This document shows positions 21,837 to 36,295 of a stretch of DNA of 64,000 nt, piece by piece. The DNA comes from Octopus vulgaris. Its lineage: Eukaryota. The translations under genes were made by a program, and so were the position numbers. Positions within the stretch are counted from its first letter, which is position 1. Each line of letters begins with the position of its first letter. The notes beneath the pieces were generated by a model. The model ran no database searches and was not told the DNA's origin. It saw only the letters and a program-made list of their open reading frames with translations. The DNA lies in NCBI GenBank assembly GCA_951406725.2, contig OX597821.1:64976001-65040000 (forward strand). The letters are read 5' to 3'.

Positions 21837-22560
21837 GTAAATGTAATATGTGACAATTATTCGGTAGCCATGATAAAACTCCGTGTTTCAGAGAGAATTA
21901 CATAAAGACATGCAGAGAGACTCCCGAAACAATCATACGTTATGTTCAAATTATTTGTATTGAGCAAAGCTGATTATGGTTGGTAGAACCAAAGGCTGGA
22001 TGAGGAGGAAAGAGGAATAAAGGAACGTGTGCACATGTTTCTTACAGTTGTTTAAGGATAGATGAGGAGATTGTTTGTTTGCCACAAACGATCGGTAGCC
22101 AGAAGGAATAGATGGAAACCAATGTTAACTGCCGATCGCTTGCAGTGTAATGCAGCTTCCCTTTTTCCTTCTCATTCACCTTTTCGTTGACTTTAACTTA
22201 TACCAACTGTCCCTGAAGGCTGTAAGATGGCGGAATCGCTAGCACGCCGTAGCACGCCGGAGCACGCCGGAGCGCGCCGGGGCACGCCGGAGCATGCCGG
22301 AGCAAACCGGGTGAAATGCTTAGCGGTATTTCGTCTGTCGTTACGTTCTGATTTCAAATTCCGCCGAGGTCGACTTTGCCTTTCATCCTTTTATCATCGA
22401 TTAAATAAGTACCAGTTACGCACTGGGGTCGATATAATCGACTTAATCCGTTTGTCTGTCATTTGTCTTCTCTGTGTTTAGCACCTTGGGATAGTAAAGA
22501 AATAGATATTTCGTCTGCCGTTACGTTCTGAGTACAAATTCTGCCGAGGTCCACTTTGCC

Positions 22561-24830
22561 ATTCTCCCTTCTTCGGCCTCTTTTTGATCCACGACTGCTG
22601 TTCGGTCATGGAGACGATCTGCGGGAAAGCGCGCCTCACAAACGGCGACCTCACCTGTTCACTGTCATCTAAGTAGAGCCGAAGATGTCACCATCGCGAG
22701 ACTGCGCATCATCAACCATGACATGCCCAGCCCTCCTTTTAACGGGTGTTGGTAGCAAACGGATCGCCCGACCATCGGAGCGCATCCTTTCCACAAGAAG
22801 CGGAAGAGAATGCGTTCTATCTTGGTGATGATAGGGTCGGGACAAGGCAGGGCGGTCAAACGGTAGTAGATGACGGAAGCGATGTATGTGTTCGCCACCT
22901 TCGCCCGACCTTTAAGGGACAGCTTCCTCTCGTTCCATTGCCAGGCGAGAGTGATCCCCCCGCTCGTTATCTTGTTCCAGTTCTTCGTTTGGAGGTCAGG
23001 ACTAAATCAGAACGCGAAAAACTCGACAGGACCTTCGGTCCAGCGTCCCACGACGGAGGCGATGGTGGACGGCGTGGGCTTGCTTCTCTAGGTACCGAGC
23101 GGCAAGCCCACTGACTTTTACCGGTTGATTTTCGCTTCTGTTACCGCTTCGTAGTCGTTCAATGTCTCACTGACCAGCTCGATGTGTTTCTGGCTTGACA
23201 CTACGACGGTAACGTCGTCCGCGTATACAGTCACGCACGTCCCGTATCCCAATTCTTGCGGGATGTCCCTCAGCGTCGCCATCTTCCGCAGTACTGGTTC
23301 GAGGGTCAGTACGTATAGAAGCGACGAGAGGGGGCATTCCTGACGGACTGAACGTGCAATGGCGAAAGGTCTCGATAGATGTCCATTTACGCGAATTACC
23401 GAACGGATGCTCTGTACAAAGCAGCTATCCAGCCGCGGAAGACGAGACTGAAACCAGCCGCTATGAGGATAGCCTCCAAGTATCGATTGTCTACCCTATC
23501 GAACGCATTTGATTGATCCAAATTGATCAGGTCCTCACACATGCCATGTTATTTAACTACCCTGTGTATGATGTAGCGCATCAGATGGATGTTGTCATGG
23601 ATGCTCCGGCCCGGCACAACACACGTTTGCGCCTTATCGTCCAGTTTCTCAATGACAAGCGCTAACCACTTGGCTAACACTTTGACCAAAGTCTGCATTG
23701 AGCAGAGTGATGGGCCTAAAGTTATCTATTACGTCCCCCTTGTTTGAATCTTTCTTCAGCAGAGTTACGTCTCCTCGGCTCACGAAACCGGGGATGCTCC
23801 CGTTTTGCTGCCAGATGCAGTACACTGCTGCAAAGACGTCTCCAAACGAGTCTGATATACAACTTTAGCTCATAGAGTTGACCATCCAAACCCGGCGATT
23901 TGTCCCTCGAGCATTCTGCCATCGCGTTCCGCGCTTCCGCTGCCGTGATGGCACCTTCGCAGCACCCTGCCTCTCTTGTAGAGAATAGTGGAAGGCCTTT
24001 CAACAGCATTTTCCCCGACTGTTCGGGACGAGCGGCGAGCGAGAACGCAGGGTGGACTTCACTGCCTACATGCACAGCCTGCCACTACTCTCGACAAGAG
24101 ATTCACGCCCTTGTTCATCTACCAGAGACCGAATGGTGGCTTTGTTGCCCTGTTGCGCCTCCGCCACCCGGGCCTCTCGCGCGGCTCCAACAACTTCGTT
24201 CCTTAGAGCACGCATCCTAGCTCTGACATCACACTCTTCGTGTTTGGCGTTGAAGTGTTGGTCGAGGGCCAACCTCGCCGCCAAAACCTCGGATACGATT
24301 CCACTTCTAATCGGCTCTTCTAGCTTTTTAACTAGGTCACCTTCTACTCTGTTTCTATCTATGGCAAGTGCTTTGCTATACCTAATCGCTTCTACTTTTA
24401 TTGCTCTCTTGAGGGCAAACCACCATTTGCTGTTGACGATGGCTCCTGTCAAAGCCCTCTTTACTAGCGTGCTAATCCGTCTTTGAAAACTTGTCTGGAT
24501 GGGAAAGATGCGTTTAGTTTCCAGTACCCGGGACTCTGCCTATGTGTCTTATCTAAATCTATCATACACGTCACAAGTTTGTGATCCATGTAGTTGACTA
24601 TGTGGAATTGTGGACACCCTAAGCTATCTCTATCTACTGTCCTACACAGTATCCTATCTAGATACGATCTCGATGACCCTATGCGGTTGCTCCATGTTCA
24701 CGTTGGCACATTCGGGTGGTCGAGTCGTTACCTGTCAGACAGTTGAAAGCGTCTGAGCAGGTCTCTGAGCCATTTGCATCCCCGTCTATTCCTATCTCTG
24801 CCCACATAGTCTACATGTGTGTCAAGCAGT
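22561..24830 (-). pseudogene. Tx1/L1-clade LINE ORF2 remnant (APE endonuclease C-terminus plus reverse transcriptase)
   Basis: Minus-strand motifs SRSYLDRILC, MDHKLV, PGYWKLNAS, KSPGLDG, SVRQGCPLSSLLY, VYADD (~23215-23230), FRFLWKG...KGGLG; many stops and frameshifts; truncated at both ends. Confidence 0.9.
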
Positions 24831-25172
24831 CTACATGTGCGACAGCGGTGTTCAAGCTGTTAGGTTCAGCTGCTAATGGTAGCGGTAGCGCCTCGCTAGC
24901 ATCCCGCATGACTTGCGCGCTGGCCACGTGGTTTCCAGTTGCAATTTTTGGAATGAAAAATGACTAAAATGAAACCACGAAAGCCTTCAAAATTTTGGAA
25001 ATTTCGACCCCAAAGGGGAGAAATCCTATGTATATATTTATCAAGTTTTGTTGTGAATGTTCTTGCACAACATTTAAACACAAATTATTTCGCAATAAAG
25101 AGTTTTAAACATTTAAAAATGGCCAACTTACGTGGACCCCATTTGACTAGCGTCCGTCCGGGAGATAGATAG

Positions 25173-25237
<65 letters not shown>

Positions 25238-25319
25238 CAAATAGTAAGATGGATTCATAGCTAATTAGACAAACAAGGACAGACGCTCTGACAGTCAGGA
25301 AGATCGAGCGATAGATAGA

Positions 25320-25367
<48 letters not shown>

Positions 25368-25522
25368 TAAATAAATAAACAGACAGATAAATATACAAGC
25401 ACAAATACACGCACAAACACATACAGATATATAAAATTCCGGAGCATTAAAATGGAAGAAATATTTAAGGAAGTTTTACGAGAATTCCTGAAAAATTCTT
25501 TAGACTTCATAACACACACTAC

Positions 25523-25613
<91 letters not shown>

Positions 25614-26049
25614 ACACAGACACGCACGTACAATAATATGTTTTACGGCCGTTGGTACATGTGAAGGCCAAATATTGGTCGGTCTATGCTGTTAACTTCC
25701 AGATGTTCAAACCTATTTGTCCATCGCTGGCTCTAGTTTCAACAGTTTATCATCTCCCTTATCTTTCTAGTGTAGAGTGAAACCACGTATGGCGCCAACA
25801 TCCCGGCATACCAACCTTCACATCTCAGGTCGTAAAAAAACGATTTTTTTTGTCTTTCGTATTTGTGTGCGTATGTACGATTGCATACCTATAAACACAA
25901 ATACATATATACGCAAACAAATATATATACACATTAAAACACACACACGTATATTCATTTGTGTAAGTATATCTGCATAGATGTAAGTATATGCACACAG
26001 GCGTGTGTATGTGTGAATGTGTGTATGTATGCATGTGTGAATGTGTGCA

Positions 26050-26093
<44 letters not shown>

Positions 26094-26259
26094 GGCTTAG
26101 GAATAGCTGTGTAGTAAATAGCTTGCTTACCACACGGTTCCGGGTTCAGTCCCACTGCGTGGCACCTTGGGCAAGTGTCTTCTACTATAGCCTTAGGCCG
26201 ACCAAACTCTTGTGAGTGGATTTGGTAGACGGAAACTGAAAGAAATGTGTCCGTGTATG

Positions 26260-26318
<59 letters not shown>

Positions 26319-26615
26319 GTGTGTGTGTGTGTGTGTGTAAGTGTGTTAGTGTGCTTGTGTTAGTCCTCCCCCTCAACATCGCTTGACAACCGGTGCTGTT
26401 GTATTTGCATCCCCGTAACCTAGCGGTTCGACAAAAAGTTTACAAATAATGAGTCCATGGGGTCGATCTGCTCCACAAAATGCGGCCCTCCAGCAAAGCT
26501 GCCGTCATATAACTGAAAATATGAAGGAATAAAAGAATATATATATATATATATATATGTATATTGTATATACATACATTTTATATATAAACACATACAT
26601 GTATATATATATGCA

Positions 26616-26660
<45 letters not shown>

Positions 26661-27056
26661 GATGTATGTATATATCAACTTGGATGTGAGCATACATGTG
26701 TAAGTACCTAGCATTTATTAGCAGGTTTTCGTTCCCTCATTTTTCATTGAACTTATACTTTCAACACGTCTTTCTTTCTTCCTCACGATCCTTCAATATT
26801 TGTGTATTTTTTAACATTTCTCTCGTTAAGTCGAGAGTCAACGCTGCTTGCAATAAAGAGACATCAAAGAAGGATGCGAGGCACAACGACAGAGTGTTAG
26901 AACTGGCATGTGTTAGACATCACATCTCATTATGCTAATTTCATCTTTCACTAGACTGCCACCATAAAAATCCCGATTTCTTGAAGGTTGTCATCTCAGA
27001 TGACCGACAAAAATAACAAGGCAAATGTGAATAGAAAAGAACGACTCGCTCTCTCC

Positions 27057-27117
<61 letters not shown>

Positions 27118-27403
27118 CCTCTCTCTTATTCTCTCTTCTCTCTCTCTATTCTCTTTCTCGCTGTCTAAATATCCATCTGTCAGGTTTATCTATTTGTCCG
27201 TCTGGCTGTATGTCTGTGTCTGTCTTCCTGATGATAGGATATAGAAGAACGTTGACAAATTTATAAGTGTATATCTGATTTGGTCTCTGTCTATATATTT
27301 TCACTTCTTGACTCGGACAGTGAAAGATATATACTTGGCTGCTCCTTCCCTCTGTAACATCATCTCAATGTATTGGTTTGTGTACGGATGTACAGTTTTC
27401 ATT

Positions 27404-27494
<91 letters not shown>

Positions 27495-28132
27495 ATATAT
27501 ATATATATTATATATATGTGTGTGTGTGTATACATGTATGTCTTTATATATAATATCTATGTATATATACTCTTTTATTCTTTCATATTTTTAGTCATAT
27601 GACTGCAGCTATGCTGGAGCACCGCATTTTGTGGAGCAGATCGACCCCCAGGACTCATTATTTGTAAGCTTAGTGCTTATCCTACCGGTTTCAAAATGTG
27701 ATCTCGAGTGTATCCATGGCGATTTTTTTACCTCTGTCTTCTCTTCTCTGGATCTTTCCTTCTCCTATGTTTCCGATGAAGAGCTCCGCTCGAAACGTTG
27801 AACCCTCCTTCTTTCCTTCTTTCCTGAGCGTCCAATAATACTATATTTGTTCCACGTCCAGTTTCAGTTATTTGACAGCTGCCATGCTGGAACACCGCCT
27901 TGAAGGGGTTTTTTTAAAGCGTGGTATTTGTCTCTTTTGCAAAAACCGCTAAATTACAGGGACGTAAACACACCAACACTGGTTGTCAAAGGGAGGCAAA
28001 CACAGACAAATATTCATACATACATACATATTTATATATATACATACATACATACATAGATATATATATACATATATATGTATGTATATACATATACAGG
28101 TGTGTGTATGTGTATATAATATATATACATAT

Positions 28133-28190
<58 letters not shown>

Positions 28191-28827
28191 GAAGACACTT
28201 GCCTTAGGTGCCACGCAGTGGGACTAAACCCGGAACCATGTGATTGGTAAGCAAGGTACTTACCACACAGCCGCTCCTACGCCTAGGTATACTCTAGGTA
28301 TAGTTAGGTAGGTGTATCAAAAGTATAACCTTTGGATTTTTTTTAATGCTATACTACAAGATTCAGCAACTAGAAAACCCAATGAAATGGATGTCATCTT
28401 AATTAAAATTTCCAGGCTTATTACATCAAGATAGCTCCTATTTTACTATATAAACTGACAAACTGACATTTAGTAATTACAATGGTGCGACTGGGGACCC
28501 ATAAATGTTATCCTCTTTATGCAAAGTCTTTATACCAGCCTGATTTTTTTTTCTCACTTTAAACGTAAAAATTAATTCCCCATTCAGTCGTTGTTTAATC
28601 GCTATAAATATCATTACCGTGTTGTGAGAGAGTTAGTAAAATACGAAAAGATGCCTTAAAATACCAGAGGAAATCGTGTGAAATTTCGCCATTGAAAGTG
28701 TTAATTACTAACCAAGAGATTTCATGCACAAGTCAAAACGTAATCTAAAAATACAGGCGATGCCAAAAGTCCTCATATGCAAGAAATAAAACGGCGACAG
28801 AATATTTGGTGCATGCGAATATGGGTA

Positions 28828-28868
28828 TTTTTGTTGTTGTTGTTGTTATTATTATTATTATTATTATT

Positions 28869-28948
<80 letters not shown>

Positions 28949-29000
28949 AATTATTATTATTGTCATTATTATTATTATTATTATTATTTTCTTCTTCTTC
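28828..29000. repeat. Compound (GTT)n/(ATT)n microsatellite
   Basis: Direct reading; representative of dozens of (TA)n, (CA)n, (TAGA)n, (CATA)n, (GA)n and (AAT)n tracts across the window. Confidence 0.95.
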
Positions 29001-29297
29001 TTTCAAATTTGCTTCCATTTCTTGCCGAGCGTCTTCCCGACTCCTAGGGCAAAGAAACTCATAGTATACATTGGTAGGCCATTAAACCAAACTCAATAGT
29101 TCGTTCATTTTTTTTTCTTAAGGTTAAATTAAAATACATGGGCAGTAACAGCTCTCACAGCGACAATGCTCTTCTCAATACGTGTGATGTACCAGTTAAG
29201 ACAATCTTTTGCACTTCTTGCAGGGATGGTAAGCCAGGGATTATTCTCATATAATTTGCGGTTCCCTTCTTGATCATTCCTAGTGCTCCTACGATCA
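29000..29297 (-). mobile_element. R4/Dong-like REL-LINE 3' fragment (different subfamily)
   Basis: IVGALGMIKKG...LQEVQKIVLTGTSHVLRRAL* plus 3' UTR, flanked on both sides by (ATT)n/(GTT)n. Confidence 0.75.
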
Positions 29298-29300
29298 TCA

Positions 29301-29355
<55 letters not shown>

Positions 29356-29605
29356 CATTATTATTTAGGTTGTGAGCTGACATATTCCTTACTGCGCCCG
29401 GGAAAAATGCTTAGCGATATTTCGTCCATCTTTACGTTTCGAGTTCAAATTCCGTCTAGGTCGACTTTGCATCTCTTCCTTTCGGGGACGATAAATTAAG
29501 TACTAGTTGAGAACTGGTGGGTCGATGTAATCGGCTAATCCTCTCTCTCAAATTTCAGGCCTTGTGCCTACAGAATGAAGTGTTATTATTATTATTTTTA
29601 TTATT

Positions 29606-29658
<53 letters not shown>

Positions 29659-29689
29659 CATTATAATTATTATTATCATTATTATTATT

Positions 29690-30246
29690 GAGTGAGAGAG
29701 CAGTGGATGCCATCAAAGTGACACTGGGGTAAAATATACGAAGCCCAGTATACCAATCATGTCTATCCGTCTGATAAGGGTACACCAGGCACATGCATCA
29801 CAGCCACTTATGGGCGACATGGTGATCTCATATCAAGATAAACAGCACATGACCTTGCAGGTGGGGCCCAGTTAGAATTTTCTTCTGGTCGAGTCACCCA
29901 TCTCGCTCAAAAAGTCCCTGAATAAGGTTTGTTTAAGGATGTTGAACGAAACACCTATGTTTTCAGCAATGAATTATTCAAACCCCAAAGAATCCCTCTC
30001 AACACATGGCTATGATGCTCCCCAACTACTTCTGCTTGTGATCAGAGATGCACATATCGTTAGCCACTAAGGGACATGCTCAACTGGTTATGGTCAAACA
30101 ACTGACAAGCAAATCTGTGGTATTGAGCAGAATATTTGCTGTAGCCCATCTTTTATACCAAGACAAAACAATGTACATGATAACACTTCCAATCAGTTAA
30201 GATCAGAAGCCCTGAGAGCCACTGCTTGGTACTGCATCAGGGCATT
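29690..30246 (-). mobile_element. ~555-bp non-coding interspersed repeat embedded in (TAA)n
   Basis: Flanked by (ATT)n on both sides; second, truncated copy in opposite orientation at 34943-35253, also starting at an (AAT)n run. Strand is assigned relative to the (AAT)n orientation. Confidence 0.65.
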
Positions 30247-30398
30247 TATTATTATTATTATTATTAAATAGTTGAGGGAAGATGATGCTTACCTGGAGAA
30301 CCCTTGGCAGTCGGGCAGACCAGGCTATGTAGGGTGCCCTGTTTGGCCCTGGGTGGACCTCCCCCTGCCCATATAGGGCAACTTATTCTGTTGCTACA

Positions 30399-30876
30399 TT
30401 TTTACCTCCGCCTAGGGAGGAGGTTACGTTTTCATCGGCGTTGGTTTGTCCGTCTGTCCCTCTGTCTGTCCGTCTGTGCGCAAAATAACTCAAAAAGTCA
30501 TAAATAGTATTTAGTGAAATTTGCAGAAATAGTTGGTAATGACACGAGGAACAGATGATGAAATTTTGGTAGTGATCCTGAAATTTTCATGAATTCTTGA
30601 AGGATTTTTCATTTATTATATTTACTTTACATGAAGTATTACAGTTACGTTCTTTGATTAACTCCCTTGAAAACACGTTCATCGTTTCCATGTAACCTAT
30701 GGTGGCATTGCTGTTTCCAAAGTTTATTTTCGTTTCTCGATTAGTAATTTTACTCGCGTATCTATCTTAAAATGAGCTGCTTGGCGTAGGTCTACGAAGG
30801 ATGACATGTCAAACCTTGACTATTGGGATCGACTCTGGTTGGCAGATGTCTGTGCTCTCGGAGTGCTTTTCTAGTT
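30399..30876 (+). mobile_element. Helentron-associated non-autonomous element (DINE-1/HINE-like)
   Basis: T-run then ACCTCCGCC subterminal IR, internal (GTCT/GTCC)n, degenerate partner IR (GGCGTAGGT / GGCAGATGT), 3' stem-loop followed by TTTTCTAGTT. Confidence 0.7.
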
Positions 30877-31002
30877 TGCTAACTGTTTTTGTCTTTTTAT
30901 TGTTTACACACTTTCTGTTTTAAACCACAGATGCCACTTGTTTTGAATTGTCCCTTTATGTTTTTCTTTTCGACCCTTGTGGCCAATAAAGAAAAGATTA
31001 TA

Positions 31003-31062
<60 letters not shown>

Positions 31063-31064
<2 letters not shown>

Positions 31065-31398
31065 GTTTGACTTTTGCTTTATATTTGTACAAGTTGGCTC
31101 CAAGTCTCACCCAGAGACCTCAAGAGACAACATGTTGGAAGTTCATATAGTGTGCCATATATTTGGGGTTTTTTAGTGTTGTACTGGTGAATGTCCCCCT
31201 CCCACACACAAAAAACCCCGAAAATTATGTTTGTTTTAAACCCTAAGATTACATAGAAAGTATTTTGCGTAGGATATGAGCAGTTCCCATGAGCACTATC
31301 TTTTGAATTTCTACCATTTTTGGGTTTCCTGGTATCTGAGTTAGGTAGCAATCAGCCCCTTTCGCTATCATTCGCAGGGCATCTATGACAATAGGTAT
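31063..31398 (-). mobile_element. R4/Dong-like REL-LINE 3' fragment (same subfamily as 33512-34928)
   Basis: Reverse complement matches ~34577-34926 including the 3' UTR GAGACTTGGAGCCAACTTGTACAAATATAAAGC; (ATT)n on both flanks. Confidence 0.8.
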
Positions 31399-31400
31399 TA

Positions 31401-31465
<65 letters not shown>

Positions 31466-32894
31466 TATTATTATTAGCTTGAAGACCAGTAGCGTAATCT
31501 TAATTGCATTAAGGCTTTGTATGTAATGAGAGGTACATTCGAGTCACATCAGTTGCTCACATTTACATAATTTTGTAATATACTCATTATATTCGCATGC
31601 TTTGATTTCTGTTAAACGGAAACATTAGCTTGCTTTACATCAATTGTGATAATCTTTCTAAATGGATGGATTCCATACATATACATGTCGTTGGCATAAT
31701 GGTTATATTGTTGTCGTTGTTGTTGGTGTTGGTGGTGGTGGTGGTTTTGGTACAGCTGATCGTATTTCGTTGCCGTTATCGTCGCTGTTGCAGAAATCGC
31801 ATAAACTCAGCACAATTCCTATTCTTTAACAAAAAAAAAAAAGGAAGAAAAAATGCAAGCCTGTTATTCTTATTGGACATTGGGGAAAGAGGGAGAAGTT
31901 ATAAAGACAGATTCCTTAACCGTAATGATCAGAAACGTTACTTTGCGTGAGACTTTTGACAGGCGAGTGCTCTCAGTGAAGGAAATCAAAGGAAAACAGA
32001 GAACAGAAAGTTTTAATCATATTGATACGCAAGCAGCATATTTTGCATGCTGCACGTATGTTGGGTCATAGAATCATATTGATTTTTGGTTACATGGACC
32101 TCTGATGGAATGCTTTATTCGCTTTTTGTTTGCTGAACCAAAATCGTTTCCTCTATCAAAATGATGTTGAAAGCAACACCAGTATTCGGAAAATAATCGT
32201 CATTCTTATTTTTCTTTTAAATACAACCTATTGATTTGTGTTGAATAAGCATTATAGCTTGTGTGTTAGAACAGGGAATTATAGTGCGAATGAGATGTCT
32301 TTCGCAATAGGAAAACGCAGGCTATTTGAAGAGAATATTCTGTATTAGTTGACGATCGAAACAGGAGTGTATTCTGAGGTAGAAAAGGGTCCTTTTGCTC
32401 TATCACAGAACCCATCAAGCACAGCCATCTTAGAAACTTCCAATTAGAGGTTCTCTTTGCAGAAAATGATTGCCAATATCTCTGCAACAAAACACTACCA
32501 TCTTGCAAAATAGACACTTTAGATAATATAGACATGGGTGCATTATACATGAAAGAAGCGGGTGGAAGATCTTTCTACTACTCAACCTGAACTGAGCAGA
32601 GGATAATCAACGTTAGAAATATCATTTCGAAAATAATAGTTTCTGATTTAAGAACAAAGCCACCAGTTGTTGGGGAAGGAGATAAATGGATACAATCAAA
32701 ACAAGAATTTGACGGGTATTTCATTTTATCAACCCCAGAGGGATCAAAGTAGGAGTTGACCTCTGAAGGGTTCTTAAAATAATAGTCTCTTTGAAGTAGT
32801 TGTGAATCGTTTGTTTTTAACAGAATGGGCAACAAAAAATTGTCTTTCCCAATTGTTGCGATGTTCACCATGAAAAACTCTATAATAGGCACAG

Positions 32895-33200
32895 TGGAAG
32901 CACATGGCCTAGTGATTAGAGCAGCGGACACGCGGTCAAGGGCTCGCGGGTTCGAATCTCAGACCGGGCAAGGTGTGCGTTTATGAGCGAAACACCTAAG
33001 CTCCACCCGGCTCTGGCAGAAGGTAATGGCGAACTTCTGCTGACTCTTTCGCCACAACTTTCTCTCAGTCTTTTCTCATGCATCTTGCAGCCCACCTGAA
33101 ACAGACCAGCGTCCCGTACAGGTGGGGAACCTATACACCAAGGAAACCAAGAAACCAGCCCTATGAGCCAGGCGTTGCTCGGGAAGGAACAAACAACAAC
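32895..33200 (+). mobile_element. tRNA-derived SINE family D
   Basis: TGGCCTAGTGATTAG...GGTTCGAATCTC head, AAC-rich tail; related copies at ~48503-48690(+) and ~63570-63896(-). Confidence 0.75.
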
Positions 33201-33480
33201 TACAGGCAAAAGGGCTGAAATGGGGGGGGGGGCAATTCGATTACATCGATTCCAGTGCGTAATTGGTATTTAATTTATTGATCCCCGAAAGGATGAAAAG
33301 CAAAGTCAATCGCGGCGGAATTTTATCTCAGAACGTAAAGACGGGCGAAATACTGTTAACCATTTTCCTCCAGCGCACTAACGATTCTGCCAGCTCGCCG
33401 CCCTCGATAGGTAACAACAACAACAACAACAACAACAAACACAAAAAAAAACAAAAACAACAACAACAACAACATCAATG

Positions 33481-33511
<31 letters not shown>

Positions 33512-34928
33512 GCGATCAATGCATTAGCTATACCAGTCGTGACTTACAGTTTCAATATTGTTAACTGGTCAATTACTGAAATATGTTAGCTCGACAGAAA
33601 AATAAGGAAACTGTTGACAACGCATAGAATGCACCACCCTAAGGCAGATACAGAACGACTCTATCTGCCAAGAAAAGAGGAGGCCGTGGTCTTTTGCAAC
33701 TGGCAATAACAATGAAGATTGCTACAATTGGCCTAGACACCTACCTGAAAAACTCTGAGGACTGGATGTTAAAACTTGTCTCAAAACATGAAAACAAGAA
33801 AGCATCATACTCAGTCACAAAACAGGCAAAGGAATATCTAAGTGAATTCCGAATACAACCAATTTCGGAATTAGAGATAGATATACAAGAAACAAGCAAA
33901 GAAAAAGCTAGGCGCATGAAAACCCGTGCCAAAACTGCGGCCTAAGATATTCTGAATAATAAATGGCAAGAAAAACCTCTCTATGGCAAATACCCAAAGA
34001 GAGCGAATAATGCAGATATCGACAAAGCCCTGACCCATCAATGGCTAATGGCCTCTGGCTTAAAATCTGAAACAGAGGGGTTTATCATAGCAGCTCAAGA
34101 TCAATGCCTACCAACAAGAAACTACCAGGCCAACATATTAAAGATCAGAAGCAGTCCCACGTGTCGTGTATGCAAGCAACAAAATGAAACCATTGACCAT
34201 GTGGTCTCCAAGTGCAGTCTTCTAGCGCCTACAGAGTATCTCAACAGGCACGATAGAGCTGCACAATATATTCACTGGGTAATCTGTAAAAACCTGGATT
34301 TGCCCCATGAAAAAAACTGGTGGGAACACAAATCACCCCCAGTGCTTGAAAATGACCACATCTCACTCCTCTGGAACTTCACCATTCAAACTGACAGGAA
34401 GATAGATGCAAATAGGCCAGACATCATATTGAAAGACTTCAAACAAAGAACATGCCTCCTCATTGATATGACTGTCCCAATCGATATAAACGTATCTGTC
34501 AAGACCTACCAAAAACTGAGCAAATATAAAGATCTTGAAATAGAAATCAGCAAAATGTGGAAGCTGAAGACTAAAACAATACCTGTTGCCATAGGTGCCC
34601 TGGGAATGATAGCAAAAGGGGCTGATAGCTACCTAACTCAGATACCAGGAAACCCCAAAATGGCAGAAGTTCAAAAGATAGTGCTCATGGGAACTGCTAC
34701 GCAAAATACTCTCTATGTAATCTCAAGGTTTAAAACAAACATAATTTTCGGTTTAAAAAAAAAAACCTTTTTTTTTTAGACATTCATTAGTACAACATCC
34801 CCACCCCCCAAATATATGGCACACTAGGCATAGCAACAATATGAACTTTCAACCCTGTTGTCTCTTGAGGTCTCTGGGTGAGACTTGGAGCCAACTTGTA
34901 CAAATATAAAGCAAAAGTCAAACATAGA
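33512..34928 (+). mobile_element. 5'-truncated R4/Dong-like non-LTR retrotransposon (RT thumb, CCHC, restriction-like endonuclease)
   Basis: HHPKADTERLYLPRKEGGRGL; CRVC-X8-H-X4-C; RHD; NRPDI...LID...KLSKYKDL (PD-D-xK REL motifs); flanked by (AAT)n at both ends. Confidence 0.9.
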
Positions 34929-35260
34929 ATAATAATAATAATAAATGGCCTGATGCAGTACCAGGCAGTGGCTCTCTGGGCTTCTGATCTTAACTGATTG
35001 GAAGTGTTATCATGTACATTTTTTTGTCTTGGCATAAAAGATGGGCTACAGCAAATATTTTGCTCAATACCACAGATTTGCTTGTCAGTTGTTTGACCGT
35101 AATCAGGTGAGCATGTCCCATAGTGGCTGATGATATGTGCATCTCTGATCACGAGCAGAAGTAGTGGGGGAAGCATCATAGCCATGTGTTGAGAGGGATT
35201 TTGGTGGGCATGAATAATACACCTCTGGAAACATGGGTGTTTCGTTCAACATCATATATA

Positions 35261-36295
35261 TCTTTATATATATAAAACTGAGAATGTGTGTGTGTGTCTG
35301 TCTGTCTGTGTGTTTCCCTAAAACTTGAGAACTACACGACCAATTTCACTCAAATTTTACACATGCCTTACTTAGGGTCCATGTAGTTTCATGGGGAAAA
35401 GAAATGTTCAACTTCTTGCCTAGAGCGAGCCCATAGCAATATCATATCTTCTCCACTATTTCAGTATTACGTGTTAAAAGTGAAACAAAAACGTTTCTCT
35501 ATTTTATGTCAGATACTTTCATTTTAACAATAAAACTAATAACAATTCAATTATATGTAGTAAGTAATAATCAAAATCAAACTAAAGTATCATATAATCA
35601 TAACATAACAAAAGTAAAAATAGAAATTGGTATAAAATTGCATCAATGACTTGAACTTGAATAAGTGGTTTCATATGAATGGGAATAGATTAAAAATAAA
35701 ATTAGCGTGCAGAAATGGAATAGTCCAGATGGATAATAAAAAATTAAATTAAAGAAAAGACTATTGTCTATAAAGTATACAATGTAGAGAAAAAAGATTT
35801 GAACAGATGGAGAAAAGCACCTTCGAAAAGTGCCTTGGTGCCACTATGAAAGATATCTAATCAGAGGCAGTAAATTCGCCACAATAGAAGCAAGGTTCGA
35901 GTCAACGGAGCGTGCAAGGGAGTGCTCGACTCGAACTTGCAAAGTGGAAAATTTTTATTTTTACCTTTATACCTGGGACGTAGGACGTCCCGGAAAAAAA
36001 TTTTAAATGCCCCCCCCCCCCCCGAAGTAGAGGTAGGCTGGATTGTAGCCATACTTCTATACAAGAGGGAGGACAAGATACAATTGATCGAAATTACAAG
36101 AGACGGGCTAACAATTCCAGTCTGTTATATATTTTGAGTATTGTTATCACTAGCGATATCAACATATAACTTTGTATTTTGTATTTTATATGTAGATGTA
36201 TATATGTAGATGTACATGTAATATGTACACATATATATACACATATATACATGCACTAGCACTATGACCCGGCAACGACGGATCTTTAATGCTAG
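35261..36295 (+). mobile_element. Complete non-autonomous Helitron-like element (empty version of 6126-12251)
   Basis: A|TCTTTATATATATAAAACTGAG ... GACCCGGCAACGACGGATC hairpin ... CTAG|T; no TSD. Confidence 0.85.

Noticed and set aside
22240-22310. GC-rich 10-bp tandem (AGCACGCCGG) x7
   Set aside because: Local slippage expansion of the SINE-B head sequence; not a separate element.
28745-29794. Poly-N/T/V/I ORFs
   Set aside because: Trinucleotide microsatellites; only the short Dong-like peptide is real.
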